From: Ginglymostoma cirratum
Lineage: Eukaryota
DNA: 64,000 nucleotides
Assembly: GCA_024137785.1 (NCBI GenBank)
Contig: JAHRHZ010000082.1
Location: 13,013,873 to 13,077,872 of the forward strand
Reading direction: 5' to 3'
Each line of letters begins with the position of its first letter. The first letter of the stretch is position 1. The position numbers and the translations under genes were made by a program. Shown here piece after piece: positions 1 to 12,489 of the stretch. The notes under the pieces were generated by a model. That model was not told the origin of the DNA. It saw only the letters and a program-made list of their open reading frames with translations, and made no database searches.

Positions 1-106
1 TCGGGCCTAGACCCTTGATGAAGGGTCTAGGCCCGAAACGTCAAGCTTTCCTGCTCCTATGATGCTGCTTGGCCTGCTGTGTTCATCCAGCCCCATGCTT
101 GTTATC
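1..106 (+). mobile_element. Penelope-like pLTR fragment; centre of a palindromic (back-to-back) pLTR pair whose left arm runs off the window
   Basis: tcgggcctagaccct-tgatg-aagggtctaggcccga is an inverted repeat, followed by aacgtcaagctttcctgctcc...gttatc as in the pLTR at 24491-24650; hammerhead core reads UUGAUGA (C3 lost). Confidence 0.85.
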
Positions 107-429
107 CCACAACTTGTTATCTCAGTAGTTCATTTTAATTCTCTAGATCATTTAACCCAGACAAAGGAAACATCCTGATGTCACACCATTGAATACTTGG
201 ACACTGAAATGAAAAAAAAACAATCATTATATAAGTTAATGGGGTCATGCAGTGACAGGAACATGAGGATACATAAATAAAAAGGGATAAATACATTCTA
301 TAGCTGTGGTTCACCTGACCTAACTGTTCTCACACTATACCTGTCCTTATCTTGACCAAATGGTCTTTTTTCACGTTTCACTTTAGATGAAATGTGAAGT
401 AGTCTTGGATTTCTTCATCCTCAAGACTG

Positions 430-1110
430 AGTCCACCTTTGTAACTTTCTCTTGTTTCTTGCCCTTCTACCATGCCAACTTTGTCCCAGCCATCTCCTTC
501 AAGTCGCAGTCCAAATCCAACCTCTCCTAAGGTCATTAATTGAATATGTTGTTGGTTCCCAGATTTATGGTAATTCCTCACAGTATTCTCTTTGAAATCC
601 TCCTATCCAGACTTCCAACCTCCTCAACACAGTCAGTAAAGTAACAAGTGGGCTTTCTCAAGATTGTGATGTCTCTCACTTTTACTCTGTCTCCACTTGA
701 TCATTCTTCCTCTCCATTATGCAGCTTCATCCAACTGTTCTTGCAGAGTTCTATTCCTTTCTAATCAAATGCTGTACATTTTCCAGTAATGGCTTTTCTT
801 CCCTCTGACCATTACCTCAGTCATTTTCATCTCGAATAAAGCATTAAGTTTTGGGCACTGAACATCAGGGGAGAAAAAAATCAGCCTTTGAGGTGGTACA
901 ACAGATTCACTTGAATAAATCATGAATGCCTCCAGATCAAGTAGGGAAGTCTGAAACCATTGCTTTTGAGCTCCATCACAAACTCTCTCCCCGCAGCCAC
1001 AGTCTAGACATCCTGTTTGATTCCAATTAAGGTTTAAGCCTCATATTCTGTCACCAAGAATGTTTATCTCCATCTTTGCAACATTACCAATTATTCAAGT
1101 TGGGATCAGC
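430..1110 (+). mobile_element. highly decayed L2/CR1-group LINE RT remnant
   Basis: Degenerate traces of PISNL..SK..E.VV..Q and FE..QSGF.P.HS motifs around 510-635; many stops and indels. Confidence 0.45.
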
Positions 1111-3060
1111 CCATTGAACTGGCAAGAAATAGATCACAGCCAGCAGATCATATAGATGGGGTGACAGACGGATAGTTGGGGATTGATACATTGGGTGGTT
1201 TGTGGGAAGATCATGGCAAATATAATGAACAGGATATTGTGGAGGTCAGGTAAATGCATTTGATAAATGGTTTCAGTAACTTGGAAGGCTTTTATGGCGC
1301 AGTGACTATGTCTCTATCTCTGCACAGAAGGCCTGAGTTCAAGTCCCACCTTCAGACGTGTGTCACGATGTGTTTAAACAGGTTGATTAGAGTACCCTAG
1401 AAACTATCTTGAAAATTTAAATCTGTATATTATGTTTTGAGTCTTACAAAAATGAGTAATTTTGTGATCAGTAAACTTAATCTAAATGACCTGGAAAATT
1501 ATTTCTTTTCTGTCCTTTTCAACTTTACACCATAGGTCTTGGATCTCTAATTAGGCCTTTCCATTTTTCATAACTCTGTCAGAAAATTGAGTCAGATTCT
1601 TTCTCAGTGTAAGTCTACTCAAACTCAACTGATTGTAAATTTTCTTCTCAATTTTATGCTGGTACTTTATTCAGCATATCCATATATTTCTATGAGAACA
1701 TTTACTACTGAGTTCTGCTCTTTAAGATGAGGATTTATTTCTCTAGACAACATGAGTGCATTAAATCAAGTACTGTGTGGCATTACCATTCAAGCTTAAA
1801 TGTGATAGGATGTGGCACTGCTAAGAGGGAAGCCGAGTAACCAAAACCTGCTCAAGTGACACTCTTTTTATTGTACTTAATGTATGTAAAGAACAGGAAG
1901 CACTATACACAGTTAAATTCTTCAGTTTGCTTGAGGTTAAGTTTATGTGGCATTTCAACTTTATAATATAATCACTGCAGAGCAGCGTGAGGGAAAGTGA
2001 GTCCTGGAGCAGCACAACTTACCTTGGTGCAGCTAATTCCAGTGTGGAGCGGGACAGTTGTTGGATTGGGGCCTGGCTCAGTCAGTCAGACCACATGCTG
2101 CTATTTGAAATTTTTTACTGGATTGTCATGTCAATCCTTTAACTGTGTTATACCTATCTTATTTCTAACTTTTTTTTAGACACTGTAAATAATGCTAATA
2201 CTTTTCCTTTTATTCCTCTTTGTATCCAATGATACTATTAAAGGCAGCAATTGTAAAACCTTTTCACTGTACTCCTGTACGTCAGTATTGGAGTACATGT
2301 GACAATAAAGGATATTCTGTTTCTGATTCTGAATCATTTGGTTTACACTACAAAGTTGTAGTTACGAGTATGGGCATCAATTATAATTGAGCAATTAAAA
2401 GTTCCACATCAACTTCCCCATGTCTTGTAAAGTCATTCACTCAGGCCTACTGGGAAGGTGTAGAGAGGGATGAGAAGAAAGCAAGCAGGAGAAACAATTG
2501 CACAAAATCTGGGAATATGGATAGGTCAAGGGGAATAATTGGTTAGACTTACAATTTGCATAAATTGACATGACCATATTTGATATAGAGTGTGTGTGCA
2601 CACTGAGAGAAGGAGATTGAGTTACAGATCCTTTTGTAGCTACTGCCCTACTTCCCCTTCATCTGGGAAGACTGGCAATATCTGTGCTATAGATTTTATT
2701 ATGACTATTGTGGCAAGCAGCAAAATGGTACTCAAGGAATCGGTACAGGAAACGGCCATTCAATCCCTCAAACCAGCTTCACCATCTTGATCATGGTTGG
2801 TCATCTACTTCAATGCCATATTCCCTTTCTACCCTCATGTTGCTTGATTTTGATAGATCCTTGGGAGAGTCAGCCAATTTCTGCAGTTTTCATTTTAACC
2901 ACTGGATACCTGTCCAGTAAACAACTGATCGACTAAGGTGAATTCATCCTTCTAGTACCTATTAATCAGCACTTTTGAATTAATAGCCCTTTTGGGATTC
3001 AGATCAACAATGGAAAGAAAATGCAAGTTTACACAAATGGTCCAAATCTGCTCCCAAATA

Positions 3061-3510
3061 TTATTTCTTTTGCCTTAATTTTATTTCCATTTTAATAAAA
3101 GCTTTAAGGTTCTCATCATCAACATATTTATCAATATCCTCGAGGGCTTTTTGATCTCCATTCTGGTAGTACTGTGTCATTTCCTCTGCATATGAAATCC
3201 ATACACAGTTATGGCATCCTTTCATACAGCACCAGGTAGGGGGGATTGGTGGAAAGTTGTCACTTCCCTGACTGCGACCATCATCCTTATTACTTTGTTC
3301 TTTATTTTGAAGATGAAGTTGGTTGTTTTCTTTGTTCTCTTTGCAGTTCAGGTTCCTGGAGAAAGCAAAAAACCTTTTGTACAAGGTTATAGTCTGGTTA
3401 TAGTGTAACATCTGCAAAACTGTGAACAGTCCAGGCAAATGCGATGAAACCGGAAAGCCTGATGTCCATATAAATCCATTGGAAGAGAATTGTGATAGTC
3501 CAGGAGCTCC
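3061..3510 (-). CDS. OXLD1: OXLD1 (oxidoreductase-like domain-containing protein 1), coding exon 2 (last)
   Basis: Acceptor ttttaatcttcAG at 3511-3512, phase 0; 150 codons GAPGLSQ...PPIPPTWCCMKGCHNCVWISYAEE...DENLKAFIKMEIKLRQKK*; P-P-x-x-CCxxGCxxCVW is the Oxidored-like domain signature. Confidence 0.93.
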   Translation of the reverse strand, partial: GAPGLSQFSSNGFIWTSGFPVSSHLPGLFTVLQMLHYNQTITLYKRFFAFSRNLNCKENKENNQLHLQNKEQSNKDDGRSQGSDNFPPIPPTWCCMKGCHNCVWISYAEEMTQYYQNGDQKALEDIDKYVDDENLKAFIKMEIKLRQKK

Positions 3511-4024
3511 CTGAAGATTAAAATGAAGAAAGCTTATTTCTTATACCAACGCCTATAATAACTCAATCATAAAATGATAGGGAATGGAAATGTCAGAATG
3601 TGAACAAAAATACTTTGCCAAATAAGTACAAAAAGTTTGTCCCCAAATGCATTGTGGCTGAACTATCCATGCTAGGACAAAGCCAAATGCAACCCCAAAT
3701 CCTGCAGATCAGCTTGTCTCCAATCCCTAGTGTTGACAGGCCTCAAACAGAAGATAATAGAATCACTGTGAACCGTCACAGTGCTCCTAGGCTAAGAGGA
3801 ACTGAAACAAATATTATTCAGGGTTCCTGTTCCTTATCACCATCTACAATGCCCTGTTAGAAAGCATGGGAATGAGTTTGGTTGAGGAGAGAATCAGACT
3901 GGGCTATGTTATCTTACCAGTCCAGAAACCAAATGACAGTGTCTGCGCTTGAATGTTTTATTTCAATTCACTATTAGAAGCTGCCAATTAAGGTTCTGGG
4001 GTTTGGGAGAAGGCCGACTTTAAT

Positions 4025-5079
4025 AAGACAAAACAGGATCTGGCCAAAGTGGACTGGGTGCATACACTTGCAGGAAAATCCACATCAGAGCTGGGTACAT
4101 TCAAAAGGGGAATAGTGGAAGTGCAGGGACAATATGTTCCCACAAAGGTGAAAGACAACACCAACAAGTGTAGAGTATCCTGGACATCGGAGAACATACA
4201 GGATTGGATAAGTGAAAAAAATGCAAGCTTATGATAGATACCAAAGGCTCAAAACAGCAGATGCCCTAGAGGACTATTGAGTATAGTGCAAGGGTTAGCT
4301 TAAAACAGAAATTAGGAGAGCAAAGTGGGGGCATGTAAAAACACTGGTGTGTAACATTCAGGAAAATTCAAAGGCATGGTGGCTCAGTGGTTAGCATTGT
4401 TGACTCACACTGCCAAGGACTCAGGTTCGATTCCAGCCTCGGGCGACTGTGTGGAGTTTGCACATTCTCCCTGTGTCTGCGTGGGTTTCCTCCCACAGTC
4501 CAAAGATGTGCAGGTTAGGTGGACTGGCCATGCTAAATTGCCTGTAGTGTCCAGGGATGTGCAGGCTAGATGGATTAGCCATGGAAAATGTGAGGTTACA
4601 CGGATGGTTGGAGGGCTGGATCTGTGTGGGGTGCTCTTTGGAGAGTTGGTGTGGACTCGATGGGCTGAATGGCCTCTTTCTGCACTATAGGCATTCTATG
4701 ATTCATTTTATAAATCCGTTGAGTGAAGAGAATAACAGAGGAAAGAGTAGGGCCTATTAGGGACCAAAGTGGCAATATTTATGTGGAGCCAGAAGTTTTT
4801 AAATTTGTACTTTGCATCTGTAAACATATAAGAAGCACAACGTAAGTCTAGAAATCAGGGAAGGGATTGTGATATACTTGAACAAATTAGCATTGAGACG
4901 GAGGAGTTACTAGTGATTTTAGCAAGTTTGAAAGTGAATAAATCTCCAAGCCCAAATGAGACGAGGCCAGGGAGGAAATTGTGGGAGCTCTGACATTAAT
5001 TTTCAAATTCTGTCTGGCCCCAGGAGGGGAGCCAGAGGACTGGAGAACTATTATTCAATAAGAGAGGTAGGGATAAACC
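4025..5079 (+). mobile_element. CR1-type LINE ORF2 remnant, 5' part (continues at 7754 after the RTE insertion)
   Basis: Decayed ORF2 linker (DW...GKS..E.W..FK..I..VQ.QYVP, KSP.P); interrupted by HE1 SINE and RTE. Confidence 0.75.
4373..4703 (+). mobile_element. HE1-type (V-SINE) tRNA-derived SINE
   Basis: A box tggctcagtgg, B box ggttcgattcc, V-domain tgtggagtttgcacattctcc...gtgggtttcctc, CR1-like tail gggctgaatggcct...attctatgatt. Confidence 0.88.
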
Positions 5080-7753
5080 CTTTCCTGGATTGCCACCTTG
5101 CTGCGGTGGAGATGTTTGAATGGTTCATTGATCCCAAGAGTGATACTGTCTGGAATTCTCAATTGTTGGCAGAGCTGCCCGTGATGGTCAGTTAAGAGAG
5201 GAGGAATCAGACCAAACACAATCCAGAACAATTCTTCAATGGAGATCCAGGCGGAAAGTATTAGTGTGATTGAGAATCTTCAGTCTTCGAGGTTTGCTTG
5301 CCACTGCCTTCTGTCGAGGACTGTGAGTCTGCTGATGTGCAAATCGTTCCCACATTAAAAGATGTCCTGCACAAGACATGACGAATTGAAGAATGGAAAA
5401 GCCAAAGAGTAGACAGGATTCCAGCAGAGATTTTCAAACTTGGAGGAGCACAGCTTACCTGTCATCTCCATCAACAGTTCTTGAAAATCTGGGACAAAGA
5501 AGACATCTCACGGATGATGTCATGGTGAGCATCTTCAATAAAAAAGAGACAAAGTGCACTGTGGGAACTACTGAAGAATCTCCTTATTCTCCATTGCTGG
5601 GAAGATCGTTGCCTGAATCCTTGCCAGGTGCCTTTTCCAGTCTCTGAGGGAATCCTTCCTGAAAGCCAGTGTGGCTTCCAACCAAACCAAGGAACATGAT
5701 TTTCACTGCTTGTCAACTCCAAGGAATAGCATCAACCACTCTACATGGCCCTTATTGACATGGCCAAGGCTTTTCACTCAGGAAGTTCTATGCAAGACTC
5801 TGTCAAAGGCTGATTATCCAGTGAAATTCATCAACATCCTCCATCTCCTACTCAACAAGATGTCAACAATGGTCCTCACTGATGATAATATGAAAGAATA
5901 TTCTGAAGTCAACACAGGGGTCAAGCAGGGATATATCATCACCCCCACCCTTTTCTATACCTTCATCGGCACCATTCTTCATCTTGTCAAGAACAAGCTT
6001 CCCAGTGGTGTGGATATTGTCTACAGAATGGGTGGAAGACCTTTCAACCACAAACAACAACATTGACCTCACTTGTGGAACTTCTGCATGCAGATGACAA
6101 TGTCAAGTCTGCTCTCTCAGAAGAGAATCTCCAAGCCTCACTTAGAGATGGTAAGAACTGCTGATGCTAGAGTCAGAGATAACACAGTGTGGAGCTGGAG
6201 GAACACAGCAGGCCAGGCAGCATCAGAGGAGCAGGAAAGATGATGTTTCAGGTCGGGACCCTTCTTTAGAAAATGCTTAGCACCAGGCACATTGTGGGGG
6301 AAGTCCGGGGTAGGGTTGAGGACTTGGGGGTGGAAGAGGTCTGTGTTTTGTGGCAGGTACCAGTAAGTTTGACGTACTTACAGTTTCTAATGTCCGATAG
6401 GGTGGAGTAAAATCGTAGGTTGAGGTTGTGGATCCTGTGAAGAATAAAAAACAGAAGAGGTCCTTTGCAGGTCGAGGGCAAGGAGGCTGTGAGCTGGGGT
6501 AGGCTTGATTGAAGGGCCAGAAGATGCCGGCACATTGCTGAGAGCGTGTGCTTGAGGAGTCGCAGAGAAAAACGTTTTTGGAGGATGTGAATGTTCTGTA
6601 TGAAGCAGTCATCACGGTTGGGGCCAAATTGGGAAGGCCTGAATGTAGACTGGAGTCCATTGGGATAACCCAGTTTCGTAGGCAGGTACCGAGAACGGCA
6701 ATGTAGCTGTAGTACCTGGTTTGCTTCAGTATGTGGTCGAGCAGTTTCAGGGCAGAAGAGATTACCAGAGGGTTGCAGTAGGAGAGATATCCATTGAGAT
6801 CTTTCCGGAGGGAGGAGGATCACTTCTTCAAGGTAGACATCCCTAAAAGAGGCTTCGCTGTGGGGTTATAACTCACTCAGAAATAGCAAGAACTGCCGAT
6901 GCTGGAGCCAGAGATAACAGAGTGTGGAGCTGGAGGAACACAGCAGACCACGCAGCATCAGAGGAGCAGGAAAGCTGATGTTTCAGGTTGGGACACTTCT
7001 TCAGAAGTAGTGGTCAACTCCTACATTAAGATCAACAGAGAAATTCTGCCGAATGTGAACATTTCCCTTACGTGGGAAGCTACTTCTCATCGAAAGATGA
7101 CATCGATGCGGAAATTCAACTTCTCATTCAATCTGTAAGCACTGCCTTTGGACAGCTAAGCATTACAGTCTTCGAACATGACATCTGTGCCAATACCAAG
7201 ATCTTTGTGTATAAGGCAGTTATCTTTCCGACTCTCCTGTGTGGCTTCAAAGCTAGGACTATGTACGGATGCCACCTCAAAAAGTGCTATCATTGTTGTT
7301 TTAAATGGATTCTCCTCATCAGCTGTGAGGACAGGTTTGCTAACATCAGCTTCCTTAAAGCAGTCAATAACACCAGTATTGAAGCCATGATCATCCAAAA
7401 CCAAATCCATTGGGCTGGTTATGTTCTTAGGATGCCTGGTTTCTGACAACCAAAACGAATCTTCTTCGCCGAGCTGAAGGGAGACACTCGAACGAAAGGA
7501 GGACAAAGACTCTCTGAAGGCTTCCTTCAAGAAATGCAACACAGATATCAAAGCATGGAAGACCCTCGTTCAAAAGAAGCTGATTTGAAGGAAATTCCTG
7601 TACGAAGAGACATAAATCTTTGAGAACACCTGTCAGCAAAAGGAAGTATGGAAAAGGAACTGAAGAAAGAAGTCCACAGAACTGGTGACCGGTGACACGG
7701 AATTTCCCAGGTGGACAATCATATTCGATAGCAAGTGACTGCCAATGATGACA
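5080..7753 (+). mobile_element. RTE-clade LINE, both ends present, internally deleted
   Basis: 11-bp TSD agggataaacc at 5069-5079 and 7754-7764; RT motifs (QCGF, GVKQG.II.PTLF, YADD-like, YLGS, TKIFVYKAVI.PTLL.G, WAG.V.RM); short gat-repeat tail. Confidence 0.88.
6145..7007 (-). mobile_element. Penelope-like non-autonomous unit: pLTR - ORF N-terminus - pLTR (direct repeats)
   Basis: Two ~125-bp direct repeats (6145-6272, 6880-7007) with decayed hammerhead cores flank a frameshifted ORF start (SSLRKDLNGYLS...PNGLQSTFRPSQFGPN...). Confidence 0.75.
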
Positions 7754-9040
7754 AGGGATAAACCTGCAAACTACAGCCCATGGAGTCAAACATCCGTGGT
7801 AGGGAAACTATTGGAAAAATTCTGAGGGACAAAATCAATCCCTGCTTGGAGGGAAAAAGGATCATTTAGGAATAGTCAGCATGTCTTTGTAAAGGGCAAG
7901 ATCACGTCTAACAAATTGAACTGAATTTTGACAGAAGGTGACTAGGTGTGTAGATGAGGGTAGTATAGTTGATGTTGTCTACATGAACTTCAGTAAGGCT
8001 TTTGACAAAGTCTCACATGGCAGACTGTTAAAGAGCTAGGAGCCCATGGGATCTAGAGCATTTTACCAAATTGGATCCAAAACTGACTTCGTGGGAGGAT
8101 ACAGAGGGTGGTGGTCAAAGGGTGTTTTTCTTACTGGAGACGTGTGGTGTAACAGAGGGTTCCTGGGTACCCCGCCGTTTGTTGTGCACATTAATGATCT
8201 AGATAACAATATAGGAGGTATAACCAGTAAGTTGGCAGATGACAGGAAAATCAATGTGGTAAATAGTGAGAAGCCTTAATTTCAGGGTGATATAGATGGT
8301 CTGGTTATTAACTGTGGCAAATGGAATTTAATCCAGAAAAGTATGAGCTGATGCATTTTGGGAACTCTAACAGAATTAGGAAGTACAGAGGTTGACAGGG
8401 ACCTTGGTGTGCATGTCAGTTGATCTTTGTTGGCAGCAGAACAGCTACATAAAGTGGTTAAGACGACATTGGGATACGTCTTTATTAGTGAAGGCACAGA
8501 TTAGAAGAGCAAGGAGGTTATGGTGGAGCTGTATACAATGTTAGTTATAGCACAGTTACAGTACTGTGTGCAATTCCATTTATCTCACTGTAAGAAGGAT
8601 GTTGTTGCACTAGTCACAGTGTTGCTGCAGGGATTCAGCTATAGAGACACTACATAGCTGGGGTTCTTTTCCTTTGAGCAGGGAAGGCGGATGGGATCTG
8701 ACTGAGCTGTGCAAAATTCTGAAGGAAACTTCTCCCCTTAGTGGAAGGGTTAACAACCAGTGGTTGTTACAGTGGTTACAGTTTTAATGTAAGGAGCAAG
8801 AGGGTTCGAGGGGATTTGAGGAAAACATTTTTGACTCAATTGTGGTCATTTGGAACTCACTGCCTAAAGGTGGTAGTGGCGGGAACCCTCAAGTCATTAA
8901 GAACTATTTAGATGAGCACTGGCAAAACCATAATATACAAAACTATGGGCCAAGTGCAGGAAAATGGAAGGAGAATGTGACCAGCACAGACATGATGGGC
9001 CAAAGGGTTTTTTTCTGTGCTAATAAAAACTCTCTGATCT
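7754..9040 (+). mobile_element. CR1-type LINE RT region and 3' end
   Basis: SQH.FVKG.S, YM.FSKAFDKV.H, FVVHINDLD...SKLADD, RDLGV, WNSLP motifs; 3' tail gatgggccaaagg. Confidence 0.85.
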
Positions 9041-9839
9041 ATCTGCATGCCTCTGTGTTTAAGAATTGTCAAATGTCATCTTGAAGCCTTTGCAGGTAGC
9101 TGTGTCAGTTGTCTGTCTGATCAACCAGCAGTTTTCATGTCAAGGTGGACTATTTTACAGCATGTCCTATCTTTCAATGCCTCCTCATCTGTTTGCCCTG
9201 CAGATAGCTCCATCAAACTTCCACTGGGAAAAGATTATGAACTAAATTACCATTGCTTTGGATTCAATTAGGAAACTGGTTAAATCAAAAATTAAACCAC
9301 ATCATTTCATAGGATTTTTTTGAACCAGACCCCTTTCTATTGTTAAGAAGAATTAGTTAAAATGATTATGGGGAGGTGATGTTGTTGTAATATAGCAGTT
9401 CTCAGGGTGCGAATGGAGTCTGTGCACAAGTCAGAAAATTTAGGATAATGCAAAGCAGCTGTCATTATGTACAGGAAATGTTCATATGTTGCGTCTTTTA
9501 AATTACACCCCTTTATGGGATCACGTTCATAAGAAAGAGCATTCGTAAGCAGGGGACCTCCTGTATTTCCACTGGACTAGTACTCCAGAGACCCAGAGGG
9601 TTCAAATTCCATAATTTAAAGTTTGAATTTGAAATACATATCTGGAATTAAAAGTCTAATGATGACCATTGTCATAAAAACCCAACTGGTTCATTAATGT
9701 CCTTTAGGGGAGGAAATCTGCCATCCCTACCTGGTCTGGCCTACATGTGACTCTAGTGCAACAACGTGGTTGCATTTTAGCTGCCCGCTGAACTACCCAA
9801 CCATCCCATGAAGATACATCAAACCATAGAGCACCAAGA

Positions 9840-11290
9840 AAAGAAATGAAGCCAGACGGATACCTTGCACCAACTTCAGCACTGGAAATAACAATAACAC
9901 AGCCCTGTCAACTCTGCAAAGTTCACCTTACTAACATCTAGGAGATAGAGCCAAAATTGAGAAGGCTGTCTCAAGGACTAGTCATACCCATGTAATTGTA
10001 CTCACACATTATGTTTCAAACAACACTTCATTATCCCTGGGTATGTCCTGACCCACCTGCAAGACAATTCCAACAGTGATGACAGCACAGGGTTCTACAG
10101 TCCGGAGAGTCCACAACATCAACTCTGGACCCCATGTCATTTCATGGCCAGGTCAAATAGGGAGGCAATGGCCGAGTGGTATTATCGCTGGACTGTTAAT
10201 CCAGAGACCCAGAGAATGTTCTGGGGTCCTGGGTTCGAATCCCACCATGGCAGATGGTGGAATTTGAATTAATAAATAGCTGGAATTAAGAGTATAATGA
10301 TGATCAAGAATCCATTGTCGATTGTTAGGAGAAAAACCCATCTGGTTCACTAATGTCCTTTAGGGAAGGAAACTGCCATCCTTACCTGATCTGGCCTACA
10401 TGTGACTCCAGACCCACAGCAATGTGGTTGACTCTTAACTGCCCTCTGCGCATTTAGGGATGGGCATTAAATGCTGCATAGCCAGTGACGCCCACATCCC
10501 GTGAATGAATAAAGAAAAAAAATATAGGCAAGAAAACATAGGTTTATGGTGAAGAAACCAACAAGAGAGGAAAAAAAAAACATACTTGACCTCACCCTCG
10601 CCAATCCACCTGTATTTGACAGTACGGAAAGAAGTGAACACTGCAGTCATTGTGGAGAAGTCCTGTTTTCACATTGAGGATGCCCTCAATTGTATTGTCA
10701 CTACCACCATTCTCAGTGGGATAGTTTTAAACAGGCCTGTCAAGTGTATTCATGATGCATGGGAGGTCATCAATAGCCGCAGAACTGAATTCCAACAGAA
10801 TCTGCAACCTCATGGCTTGGCATATTCTCATTCAACCATTACCATCAAGCCATGACAAAGCAGCCTTCCTGATTGGCACTCCACGCATAACATATATGTC
10901 CTTCACCACCAATGCTCAGTAGCAGCAGTGTATGCCATTTACAATATGCACTGCAGAAATTTTACAAAACTCCTTAGACAATACCTTCCAAAACCACAAT
11001 CACTACCACCTATGAGGATTAAGGAGAGCAGATGCATGAAATTCCAGCAACTGCAAGTTCCCCTCCAAGTCACACACCATCCAGACTTGGAACTATAATC
11101 ATTGAACCTTTAGTGTTGCTAGGGCAAAATTCTGAAACTTCTACCCTAACAGCATTCTGAATCAACCTTCATCAAATGGACTGCAGCAGTTCAAGAAAGC
11201 AGCTCACGACCACTTTCTTGAAGGCATTTAAGAATAGGCAAGCAATATTGGCCTAGTCAGTAAAACTCACACCCATGAATAAATTTAAAA
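9840..11290 (+). mobile_element. internally deleted CR1/L2-group LINE whose 3' tail matches the abundant tRNA-SINE
   Basis: EN-start-like LTNI..I.PKL near 9928-9975; 3' end ggactgcagcagttcaagaaagcagctcac...catgaataaa resembles the SINE tail at 10450-10515. Confidence 0.6.
10160..10520 (+). mobile_element. tRNA-derived SINE (abundant family; other copies ~9570-9790+, 13200-13440+, 19135-19400+, 34770-35097-, 44200-44550-, 49110-49480-, 58173-58530+, 60450-60830+)
   Basis: A box tggccgagtgg, B box ggttcgaatcc, body aaaacccatctggttcactaatgtcctttagggaaggaaactgccatccttacctg, tail gaatgaataaa; recurs ~9 times in the window. Confidence 0.85.
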
Positions 11291-12489
11291 CAAAAGCTTG
11301 ACTGTGTCTCTCAATTACCCGGCTATATCGCTAGCATCAAGTCACGAGAAACAGAAAGTCCCAGTTTGAACAGATTATTTTACTAACTGCAGACTAGAGG
11401 TTGGGGGAGGTGAAGGTCAAGACAGTTAGGGATCCCGATTAGTATTGGATGAGAATAGGAGTAGATTAGTTGTTACACTTCACACGATCAATAACATCGA
11501 TTACAAAGGGGCATCTGACACCTGTAGAATCACAGTGCAGATTAAAAAAAGGTGAGAATTTGTCAAAGAAAAGATACTTAATGATCTTTTACAAGATTGT
11601 AAAAAATTAATCCTGTTGAATGACCAACATAGTGCTTGGCAACACAAGATATGAAACAGGATGGAGCATTATGCAATAACCTTCACAGCTTAGTGATATG
11701 GTGTGCATAGGATTGTTACTTTTCATTTACATTGGCTTGGATAAACAATACTATCAGGAAACAAGAGTCAACTCCTTTCCAATCTATTTATTGGTCACCC
11801 TAAATGTTTATCAGCTTTTAAATTCCATTATGAAACATCAATCTTTTAAATAAAAATGATGGAAGTCAAATTAAACTCACTTTTTGCATGCATGGGTGTT
11901 TAAACTGGGTGAATAGATGATCCTTGAGCCCACCTCACAATTCAATGAGTCAGCATAACAATGTGCACTTGTAAGGTGCCTAGACAAACATACATTGATC
12001 CTGAGTCAAAGGAAGAGCTTTGGGGATGGGTGACAAAAACCTCGGTCAAATAAGCAGGTCAGCCTAAAGGAATAAAAAAAAATACAAAGTTTAAGAGAAT
12101 TCTGAAATTAGCATACATACAGCTCAAGGCAAGGTCAGCATCATTGGGCAATGAGAGTGAGATTCTAAAGAGGATCACAGAGTTCTTGGTGAGCTTAGGA
12201 AGTTAGAGATAAAGAGAGGGATGAGGCCATGGAAGGATTTGAACACAAGAGAAAAAAATGTTAAGATCCAAGGCTTGATGGACCAATGCAGATGACAGCA
12301 CATAGAAGTAAGCAGGACATATACAAGTAACAACATGAACAATTCCCTCTTACGTAGCACCTTCAAAGTGGTCTGATGTCTCAAGGTGTTTCGGAGGAGC
12401 ATTCTCAAATGTGATTCTGAGTCATATAAAATGATTAGCATGTTTACAGTACAGAAGAAGGTGATTCAGTTATTTGTGTCAGTACTATG

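Noticed and set aside
378-581. 67-aa - strand ORF as a possible gene exon
   Set aside because: It is antisense to a decayed L2/CR1-like RT remnant and has no recognisable domain
3061-3438. ORF-track start (TTG at 3438) as the OXLD1 start
   Set aside because: The frame is open to a canonical acceptor at 3511-3512; the ATG is in exon 1 at 17202
4373-4445. tRNA gene-like A/B boxes (also 10160, 31134, 58173)
   Set aside because: They are SINE heads continuing into SINE bodies, with no complete cloverleaf
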